Positions 53,694-61,237 of a DNA stretch of 64,000 nt are shown here, piece after piece. This stretch comes from Bryobacterales bacterium (GTDB lineage: Bacteria; Acidobacteriota; Terriglobia; Bryobacterales; UBA6623). The notes under the pieces are model-generated. The model was not told where the DNA came from. It did not search any database and saw only the letters and a program-made list of their open reading frames with translations. A program made the translations under genes and the position numbers. The stretch is taken from positions 1,412 to 65,411 of the forward strand of contig JAPPMC010000080.1 of the NCBI GenBank assembly GCA_028819235.1. The letters run 5' to 3'. The first letter of the stretch is position 1, and every line of letters begins with the position of its first letter.

Positions 53694-55232
53694 TTACTTC
53701 ACTTTATGTGCGAGCAAGGCGTCGCGCATGACGGCACGCGGCGCCTCGATGCCGGTCCAGATCCGAAACTGTTCCGCGGCCTGCTCCACAAACATCTCGA
53801 TGCCGCTGATTACAGTTCTTCCCTGATCCGCCGCATGCCGGAGGAGCACCGTCTCCAGCGGGTTGTATACCAAGTCGAAGACGATTTTCGCGGGCACGCG
53901 GCCCGGGAACAGGTTGCCGTCCACGGCCGGCGTCATGCCTACCGGGGTCGCCTGCACCAGGATGTCGAAGGAGCGGCCTGTGGCGTCGGCAAAGTCCAGG
54001 GGGCGGGCCCCATGCTCCCGGGCCAAGCGCCCGACGCGCGCAGGGTTGCGCCCGGTGACCGACACCCGGCAGCCCTCCTGCCGCAAGGCTGTTACCGCGG
54101 CCTTGGCAGCGCCGCCATTGCCCACCACTAGGACTGTCGCTCCGTCCAGTGGGGTCCGCTTCAGGAGCGGGCTGACGATTCCCCGCGCATCGGTGTTCGT
54201 GCCCGCGAGCTGCCCCCGGTGCCAGTAGATCGTGTTGACGGCGCCGATCTCCCGAGCCGTCTCGTCGACCGAATCCAGGAGCGGGATCACTGCCTGTTTG
54301 TGGGGGATGGTCACGCTTGCCCCGCTCAAGGGCAGTCGCCGCGCCAGGTCGAAGAAGTCCCGCACGTGGGAAGGCCGCACGAGCAATGGCACGTAGATGC
54401 CGTCGAAGCTGACCGCCTCGAACGCGCGATTGTGGATGAGCGGCGACAGCGAGTGGCCCACCGGTCGAGCGATCACCGCATACACCCCGGTGGCCTCGCT
54501 GCCGCTCGGGATGCGGTACAGGAGACGGGCGGCGCGGGCCGAGACTTGGCCAGGGGCCGTCGGCCCGGCCGAAACGGTCTCCCCTCCGGGGCCATCGGTA
54601 GGCCACCGGTAGGAATCCGGTGCAGCGTAGGTGAAGAGGCCGCCGCGCTGTGGGGAGACAAGGCGTGCAACGCTGCCTTCCTCGCCCATGCCGGCGACGA
54701 CCATATTGCGGCGCGCCCGGCAGAGATCCAGGAGGGCCAGGTTGTCCGTGGGGCGGTTCACCCTAGTGGCGACCTTGAGAATGTCCGCACCGGTCGCCTC
54801 AAGCCTTCGCACGACCGGATCCAAGGGCCCGGTCTGCTCGAAGTCGTGGTACGACGCCACGGTCAGGCAGCGGCCGCGGAACGGCTCAAGGGCCCCGGGT
54901 GCCGCCTCCAGCGTCTCGATCTCGACGTCGACGATCCTTGCGCCGCGATCGGCCGCCCTGCGAAGCAGCGCCAACTGGTCGGAGACCGTGCCGTCGAACC
55001 CACCCGAATTCTGCCTCCTCCTGCAGGTGGCCAGCACAAACGCTGACGGATGACGGGCCGCTACTCCCTCCACGATGCCCGGACCGCGCCCGGGATCGGC
55101 CAAAGCGTCGATGCGAAGCTCCACCAAGGCTTCGCCATGGGCGCAGCTGGCTAGGGCCAAGGCCTCCGCCCGGCCGGCGTCAGCGTGACCGATGCAGGCG
55201 CAGACGCGCGGGAGGTTCGGGGGGAGGGCCAT
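53694..55232 (-). CDS. aroDE: Bifunctional type I 3-dehydroquinate dehydratase / shikimate 5-dehydrogenase
   Basis: 512 aa. The N-terminal half is AroD type I-like (LVELRIDAL..., VASYHDF). The C-terminal half is AroE (GVYAVIARPVGHSLSPLIHN, VTIPHK, GAVNT, VVGNGGAAKA). Confidence 0.85.
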   Translation of the reverse strand: MALPPNLPRVCACIGHADAGRAEALALASCAHGEALVELRIDALADPGRGPGIVEGVAARHPSAFVLATCRRRQNSGGFDGTVSDQLALLRRAADRGARIVDVEIETLEAAPGALEPFRGRCLTVASYHDFEQTGPLDPVVRRLEATGADILKVATRVNRPTDNLALLDLCRARRNMVVAGMGEEGSVARLVSPQRGGLFTYAAPDSYRWPTDGPGGETVSAGPTAPGQVSARAARLLYRIPSGSEATGVYAVIARPVGHSLSPLIHNRAFEAVSFDGIYVPLLVRPSHVRDFFDLARRLPLSGASVTIPHKQAVIPLLDSVDETAREIGAVNTIYWHRGQLAGTNTDARGIVSPLLKRTPLDGATVLVVGNGGAAKAAVTALRQEGCRVSVTGRNPARVGRLAREHGARPLDFADATGRSFDILVQATPVGMTPAVDGNLFPGRVPAKIVFDLVYNPLETVLLRHAADQGRTVISGIEMFVEQAAEQFRIWTGIEAPRAVMRDALLAHKVK

Positions 55233-55341
55233 TGCCGCCGATCCGAACCCAGTAGGCTATCATGGCCGGGCGCGGGGCTCGACGGCCCGCGCTCCGGCCC
55301 CGGTGCCTGCACGCTCGGCGCGAGGCCGAACGCAAAGCTGC

Positions 55342-56157
55342 ATGCCGATAGTCCACCCGTCGGCGCGAATCGCGGCAACGGCGATACTCGGGACCACCGC
55401 CGATATCGGCGCGGGCGCAGAGATCGGCGACTTCTCGGTCGTCGAGGACGACGTGCGGATCGGACCACGCTGCAAGATCGGGCCGCACGTGGTGGTGAAG
55501 CGCTGGACCAGCATGGGCGAGGATAACGAAGTCTCGGCAGGAGCCGTCCTCGGCAGCGAGCCTCTCGACAGGGCGTTCCGCGGCGAGCGTTCCTACCTGC
55601 GCATCGGCCGGGGCAACAAGATCCGCGAGCACTTCACGATTTCCCGCGGGACGGCGCCCGAGTCTGAGACGGTCATCGGGGACGACAACTTCATCATGAC
55701 GTCGGGCCACATCGCGCACGACTGCCACATCGGGAACGGGACGGTGATCGCCAGCTGCACCCTGATCTCGGGGCATGTGCGCATCGAGGATCGCGCGTTC
55801 GTCTCCGGGGGAATCGGGGTCCAGCAGCACTTGCGCATCGGGGAGCTTGCGATCGTGGGCGGCATGACGCGCGTCAACCAGGACGTTACTCCCTACCTGA
55901 TGCACGCCGGCCCGACGATGGCCGTGCACGGGCTTAATCTGGTGGGGCTGCGGCGGGCCGGCCTCAGGGATGCGGAGATCGCCAAGATCCGTGCGGCCTA
56001 CCGCACTCTGTTCCGGTCGGCCCTCCCGCTGGAGCAGGCGCTTGGGAAGGTAGAGGCTGAAGTGGACGGCCCGCACGTGCGCCACATGGTCGAGTTCATC
56101 CGGTCCTCGAAGCGCGGGGTCTGCCGCCGCAGGGGCCGCGAAAGGGGAAAAGCCTGA
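55342..56157 (+). CDS. lpxA: Acyl-ACP--UDP-N-acetylglucosamine O-acyltransferase
   Basis: I set the start at ATG 55342 (MPIVHPSARI). Left-handed beta-helix hexapeptide repeats, and GHIAHDCHIGN. The C-terminal helical domain is colinear with LpxA. Confidence 0.85.
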   Translation: MPIVHPSARIAATAILGTTADIGAGAEIGDFSVVEDDVRIGPRCKIGPHVVVKRWTSMGEDNEVSAGAVLGSEPLDRAFRGERSYLRIGRGNKIREHFTISRGTAPESETVIGDDNFIMTSGHIAHDCHIGNGTVIASCTLISGHVRIEDRAFVSGGIGVQQHLRIGELAIVGGMTRVNQDVTPYLMHAGPTMAVHGLNLVGLRRAGLRDAEIAKIRAAYRTLFRSALPLEQALGKVEAEVDGPHVRHMVEFIRSSKRGVCRRRGRERGKA

Positions 56158-56528
56158 TGTACAACGGAATCGAGCACACCGCCATCGCAACCGAGGACCC
56201 GGAAGCGCTGGCAGGGTGGTACGAGCGCAACCTGGAAATGCCGATCGTGCACCGCTATGGCGGCAACGTGTTCGTGCGAGCCTCAGACGGATCCATGCTG
56301 GAATTGATCCCTTCCGAGGGTGCCCCGGCCAAGTGCGGCATGCGCACTCCCGGCATCCGCCACCTGGCCATTAAGGTCGACGACTTCGACGCCGGCGTGG
56401 ACGACCTGAGGTCCAAGGGGATCGAGATTGTGCAGTTCGTCGAGGCCGGGCCGAACCGGCTGGCGTTCTTCCTGGACCCCGAGGGCAACATTCTGCACCT
56501 GATCGACCGCGGCGGACACCCGATCTAA
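56157..56528 (+). CDS. VOC (glyoxalase/bleomycin-resistance/dioxygenase) family protein
   Basis: 123 aa. IEHTAIATEDPEALAGWY and HLAIKVDD...FFLDPEGNILHL. The ATG overlaps the lpxA TGA by 1 nt. Confidence 0.75.
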   Translation: MYNGIEHTAIATEDPEALAGWYERNLEMPIVHRYGGNVFVRASDGSMLELIPSEGAPAKCGMRTPGIRHLAIKVDDFDAGVDDLRSKGIEIVQFVEAGPNRLAFFLDPEGNILHLIDRGGHPI

Positions 56529-56530
56529 CG

Positions 56531-57637
56531 GTGGTCAGCCGCGCTATGCTGGCCGGCATGCGCATGACGTTGTGCGTAGTTCTGCTGGCCTTGGGGTGCA
56601 GCTCCAGCGACCCTGCAGTTCGCTACACGACCGGGTCCGCGGCAAGCATTGACTCGTCCGCAGTCGAGCTGATCGTGCTTCGGGACGAGGTCGGCGGCTT
56701 AGAGGCGGCCATCGCACCATCCAAGGGAGGGGAGCTGAGCGGCCTGCGCGTGCGGCATGCCGGCCGTTGGATCGAGACGCTGCAACTTGCCCGCGACTAC
56801 TCTCCTCGCGAGGGCTTCGGGGGAAAGGGCCCCCTGTTGTGGCCCGCGACCGGCCGCAACTTCCCGCCGGATTTGGAAGAGCGCAGACGTGCTGGCGAGT
56901 CCTTCAATGACGGAGCCTACGACCATCGGGGCGTCCGGAGGCGCATGCCCATTCACGGGTTCGCGCGGGACCTGCCGTGGACCGTTGAGCAGGTGTCCTC
57001 GGACACGGCGTCGGCCCGCGCGCTGCTGAGCCTGTTGGACACCTCGGACACGCGCGATATGTACCCGTTCCGGTTCCGCTGCAGCGTCGAGTACGCCGTC
57101 GTGGACGGGCGCCTGGAACTGCGCTACACGGTGGCCGCCGACCCTGGGAACTCCGAGCCGATGTTCTTCTCGATCGGAAACCACGTGACGTTCGTGGCCC
57201 CGCTGCTGGAGGGCAGCGACCCGCATCGGATGGTCCTCAAGACCGCGGCCAGCACTGAACTCCTCAAGACTCCCTACGGGATCCCGACCGGGGAAGCGCA
57301 GCCGGCACCTCCGTTCGCCTCGGGTATGCACCTTGGCGAGCATCTTCCACTGTCCGCCACGTCGCTGACGGGCTATCCTTCCGGGCAGGATCCTCAGGTC
57401 GAGTACCGAGATCCGGCGGGCCTGTCGCTCCACATTTCGCACTCGGCCAGCCATGCGCCATCGCCGCCGGCGGTGCTGTTCAACCTTTGGGGAGACGTGC
57501 GCGGGGGCTTCTTCAGCCCCGAACCGTGGATTGGCCTGCAGAACTCGCTGGTGCGGCGAGAAGGTCTCGTTCACGTGGACCCCGGCGGCACGTTCCTCTG
57601 GACCGTGCGGATCTGGCACGAGCCGAGGGAGGCCTGA
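56531..57637 (+). CDS. Aldose 1-epimerase-family lipoprotein
   Basis: Lipobox LLALGC. LLWPATGRNF ... PIHGFARDLPW fits a mutarotase-like fold. An alternative start is ATG 56558. Confidence 0.6.
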   Translation: MVSRAMLAGMRMTLCVVLLALGCSSSDPAVRYTTGSAASIDSSAVELIVLRDEVGGLEAAIAPSKGGELSGLRVRHAGRWIETLQLARDYSPREGFGGKGPLLWPATGRNFPPDLEERRRAGESFNDGAYDHRGVRRRMPIHGFARDLPWTVEQVSSDTASARALLSLLDTSDTRDMYPFRFRCSVEYAVVDGRLELRYTVAADPGNSEPMFFSIGNHVTFVAPLLEGSDPHRMVLKTAASTELLKTPYGIPTGEAQPAPPFASGMHLGEHLPLSATSLTGYPSGQDPQVEYRDPAGLSLHISHSASHAPSPPAVLFNLWGDVRGGFFSPEPWIGLQNSLVRREGLVHVDPGGTFLWTVRIWHEPREA

Positions 57638-57689
57638 AGTAAGGGCTCCAGGAATACCAACCTGCGGGCGCCAACTCACCCGCCCTACA

Positions 57690-58709
57690 TCAGGCTCGGC
57701 CCGGTGCCGCAGGGTCGGCGTGTTGCATCCGCGCCCAGCGCTTGGCCGAGAACGGATCGTAGACAAGGTCGGTGCCGCACTCCCGGCAGACGAGGCGGCG
57801 CTTCCGCCTCAGCCGCGTGGCGGCCCATCGGCACCGTGGGCACGACAGGATATACCGGGGAGGCGTGAAGGTCACGGAGTGGCAACGGTCGGCCGTGCAG
57901 CCGATCGCCCGTGCCGCGCGCTTCCAAACCGCGTCGTGGTGATGGCCCGGTCCGACGAGGGCGTGCGCGATCTCGTGGAGAATTGTGTTCGTCCACTCCG
58001 CCTCGGAAGCCTCGAAGCAGTACTCGCGGGCCAGCGAGATCACCCTTGTTGGGTGATCGCAAGCACCCGCCCGGCGGGCGGCATCATCGAACTGGAAGCT
58101 CCAGCCCTTCAGCCCATGCTTCGCCATGAGCCGGTTGGCCTTTGCGGCTACGGCCTTGAGGATTCGGGCTGGATTGTCCCGCAATTCCGTTGCGACCTTG
58201 TTGAGGAACTCGTAGTGAATCCGCCACTTGGCGCCGCCGCTGCAGTCGACATCCGCCGTCTTCGGGTTCATGCGGACGATCTTGCCCTGAAACGGGCGGC
58301 CGCGTTCGGTGAACTCGACACGATCCCCGACTCGGAACTGGGCTTTGGCGGCCTCGCTGGGTGTGACCACATGCTTCTGCGCGGCGTCCTCGCGGGCAAA
58401 GATCAACGGCCACGGGACCGAGAACGTCCTGCCTCCCTCGGTGACAATGACGCCCTCCTTTCTGGTCTTCCTCGCGATATGCCCATTGACCTGCCTGACG
58501 CCGTTGAGGAACCACACCGGGTCGCCTAGGGCGAATTCGCGGCTGAACTGATCAGCGACCGACAGAGCCGCGGCCTGCGGCGGCCGCGTGCGCACAGGCC
58601 CAGCCGCAAAGATCTTGCGAAGCAATCTCTCAAGGTGTGAATCCACGATCGCTGAAGGCAGATGCGATGCCCCGTTACCGTTGAACCGCGGGAAGGGCAC
58701 TTCGCCCAC
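57690..58709 (-). CDS. SprT-like zinc metalloprotease domain protein with duplicated N-terminal ~45-aa module and C-terminal zinc ribbon
   Basis: 339 aa. HExxH in ILHEIAHALVG (encoded at 57963-57980). CPRC...CREC ribbon. Two related modules, FxxGDxVxF...G.I.R, lie at about 58200-58532. Confidence 0.65.
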   Translation of the reverse strand: MGEVPFPRFNGNGASHLPSAIVDSHLERLLRKIFAAGPVRTRPPQAAALSVADQFSREFALGDPVWFLNGVRQVNGHIARKTRKEGVIVTEGGRTFSVPWPLIFAREDAAQKHVVTPSEAAKAQFRVGDRVEFTERGRPFQGKIVRMNPKTADVDCSGGAKWRIHYEFLNKVATELRDNPARILKAVAAKANRLMAKHGLKGWSFQFDDAARRAGACDHPTRVISLAREYCFEASEAEWTNTILHEIAHALVGPGHHHDAVWKRAARAIGCTADRCHSVTFTPPRYILSCPRCRWAATRLRRKRRLVCRECGTDLVYDPFSAKRWARMQHADPAAPGRA

Positions 58710-58919
58710 CCACAGCGGACCGCAACTGCCACCTAAAGGGTAGCTGGCGCGGCTCTCGAGGCCGAACGGCCTGCAGCCGCGCGCGACCGCCAGCTCAGGC
58801 CCGCTTGAAGCCTACACGGTCCCGGGGCGCGGCCACGCAGGCGGGCTGCGTTTGACATTTGCCGCATTTCGGCAGAAAATTGGAGCATCGCTGCCAGAAG
58901 AATCGGCCCCTCAGTCGTC

Positions 58920-59528
58920 TTGATAAAGAGGCTGGCGCGGATCTGGTGGCGGCGCAGGGTTGCAGTGCATTCATACGCCCAGCCGGATCCGACCACGCGA
59001 GCCGCGTGGGAAACGGAGGAGTTGTTCAAGCAGCACTTCTCGAACCTTGTGCGCTACCTGCGCACCGGCTTGAGGTACACGAACGACACCGAGGACATCG
59101 CGCAGGAGGCGCTCTTCCGCTATTTTCAGGCGCGCTGCGCCGGAGAGGAGATCGAGAACCCGAAGGGATGGATATACCGAGTCGGCCGTCGGCTGCTCTT
59201 GGACAACCTAAAGCGATCCAAGCCTATCCTGCTGGACGAGGACAGCTGGAGGGAGGTCGAGGCCCGGCATTCGTCGGCGGCGGACTGGGGCGGCCCGGAG
59301 CGATCGGTGATCGTGGGCGAACTCCCATGGGACCGGCTGACGAAGAACGAGAGGGAGTGCCTGCTGCTGCGTACGCAGGGCTTCACCTACCGGGAGGTGG
59401 CCGAGACCCTGGAAGTGGCGATCCCTACGGTCGCCAGCTACGTCTCGAGAGCCGTCAAGAAGCTGCGCAAGCCCAAAGCGAGGAAACGTGAGACACCTGA
59501 CGCCAGCAGAGCTGCTCCTCTACGCTGA
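58920..59528 (+). CDS. ECF-type RNA polymerase sigma-70 factor
   Basis: Region 2 is EDIAQEALFRYF. Region 4 HTH is ECLLLRTQGFTYREVAETLEVAIPTVASYVSRA. The start codon is uncertain. Confidence 0.8.
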   Translation: MIKRLARIWWRRRVAVHSYAQPDPTTRAAWETEELFKQHFSNLVRYLRTGLRYTNDTEDIAQEALFRYFQARCAGEEIENPKGWIYRVGRRLLLDNLKRSKPILLDEDSWREVEARHSSAADWGGPERSVIVGELPWDRLTKNERECLLLRTQGFTYREVAETLEVAIPTVASYVSRAVKKLRKPKARKRETPDASRAAPLR

Positions 59529-61227
59529 AGGCGAGCTCGACGACCGCGGGCTTTGCCGGCACGTGGTGGGGTGCGTCGACTGCAAGGCCACGCTGGTCGA
59601 CGTGCAGGAGTCTTACGTGCTCGTGGCGCAGCAGGTGCGTGAGTTCCTTCCGCCTGGCCCTCCAGGGCATGACCAGCTGGTCATGCTGCGCTCGCGCATG
59701 GCGGCGGAGGCCCAGGTTAGGGAGATGCACCTCTCGACCAAGGATCTGCTGCTGTCGCTGGAAGAGCGGCTCGACGACGCTACCGAAGCCCACTTGGCCA
59801 CCTGCGAGGCGTGCCGGGGGCGCGCGTCACGGCTGCATACCGAGCTCTCCGCAATCGAGTTCGAGCTCCGACGCAAGCCTGCCTTCAACTTGCCGGTCGA
59901 GCGCAGGGCCAAGGCCTTGGCGGCACTGCGCGGACGCATCGGCTCGGAGATCACCTCGAGCGAACCGCACGGCCCGCCAAGGGGTCTCGCCATGCGATTC
60001 CGCATGCCGGACCTGCGCCCGTTGCTGTCGTACGGCGGAGCGCTGGCCGCGGCTTGCGCGCTGGCTTGGGTGGGGTGGAACGCCGTGCCTCCGCCGACTG
60101 GAACCGGCCCGCCCGTCCGGGTCGAGACGCGCACGCCGACGGTTGGGCAGAGGATTCCGATCGCACCGGCCCAGCTGCCAGCGGCGACGTCCGAAACGGC
60201 GGAGCCGTCTCCTGAGCGATTCGCGGAGATCGGATCGAGATCCGTACGCCCGCCCGCCGCGGTGGTGCTTCAACCGCTCGAGGCTCCGACGTTAGAGTCA
60301 CTACCTCAGGCCGGGGCAGCATTGCTGGCCTTGGACCTTCCGCGGACCGACGACTTGCCGTCGTTCCAAGGCGCGACCGCAAGACGGGAGGTCGAGCAAG
60401 CGGCGACTGCTGTCGAGGTCCCACTGTCCAGCCAAGGGCCGCAAGATCCGACGCTCGTTGCGGAGGGTAACCTCATGCTCGTCAGGAGCGGGCTGTGGAA
60501 GTCCACGCTGCAGGCAGGCGGATCCGGCCCGGCCGTCCGCTTCAGTGGCACCCTGGCCAGCGAAAGGGAGCGGGCGGCTGCGCAGCGCGCGCTGCTGGCA
60601 GTCGCCGACGGGCTCCCTATCGAGTTCGACATCGGGGTAGGAGGCTCCAGGCCGGTGGGGGCACCCAGCGTTTCGGAGGTGGCCTGGCGCCAGGGGACGC
60701 TTGGCGGACCGGTGCGCAATGCCCTCCTGCAGCACTATGAGGACGCCGCCCGACGGTCGTTCCGTCAGCCGGCGCAAGGCCTGCTCGAGAGTGAGCTGGA
60801 TCGCTTCGTCAGCGGCATAGTGCGGCACGATTCGGAGCTGCTTTCGCACGTGCACCGGCTGCATCGGTTGGTGACGAGCGCTCCGAGCGCGAAAGCGCGG
60901 CCGGACGAGAGCTTCCGGCAGGTCGCGAAGTTCCACCTCGACGGAATCGGGAACCATCAGGCCGGGATTTCATCGCGCCTCTCGGAATCCCTGCCGCGGC
61001 GATTCTGGGCCTATCGTGGCGAGCGGCGCAGTGCACCTCGGACGGAGGGCGCCGAGGCCACCGCCGAGCAACTCCTGGACGACGCGCTGGCCCTCGATCA
61101 AGCGCTCGCGGGGCTCTTCTTCGGATCGGGCGCCACGTTGGACGCGCGCGCCAGCAACCTTTCGACGGCAGACCTGTTGGCGCGGATCCGCCAGCACACG
61201 CGCCAGCTGAGAGCCGCCATCCGGTAG
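59488..61227 (+). CDS. Membrane anti-sigma factor with two tandem ZAS-type HxxxCxxC motifs
   Basis: 579 aa. H25-C29-C32 (59560-59583) and H102-C106-C109 (59791-59814) each follow an (E/D)LLL..E.LDD helix. One TM (LLSYGGALAAACALAWVGW), then about 370 aa of extracytoplasmic region of unknown fold. Overlaps the sigma gene by 41 nt. Confidence 0.6.
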   Translation: MRHLTPAELLLYAEGELDDRGLCRHVVGCVDCKATLVDVQESYVLVAQQVREFLPPGPPGHDQLVMLRSRMAAEAQVREMHLSTKDLLLSLEERLDDATEAHLATCEACRGRASRLHTELSAIEFELRRKPAFNLPVERRAKALAALRGRIGSEITSSEPHGPPRGLAMRFRMPDLRPLLSYGGALAAACALAWVGWNAVPPPTGTGPPVRVETRTPTVGQRIPIAPAQLPAATSETAEPSPERFAEIGSRSVRPPAAVVLQPLEAPTLESLPQAGAALLALDLPRTDDLPSFQGATARREVEQAATAVEVPLSSQGPQDPTLVAEGNLMLVRSGLWKSTLQAGGSGPAVRFSGTLASERERAAAQRALLAVADGLPIEFDIGVGGSRPVGAPSVSEVAWRQGTLGGPVRNALLQHYEDAARRSFRQPAQGLLESELDRFVSGIVRHDSELLSHVHRLHRLVTSAPSAKARPDESFRQVAKFHLDGIGNHQAGISSRLSESLPRRFWAYRGERRSAPRTEGAEATAEQLLDDALALDQALAGLFFGSGATLDARASNLSTADLLARIRQHTRQLRAAIR

Positions 61228-61237
61228 GCCCGCGGCC

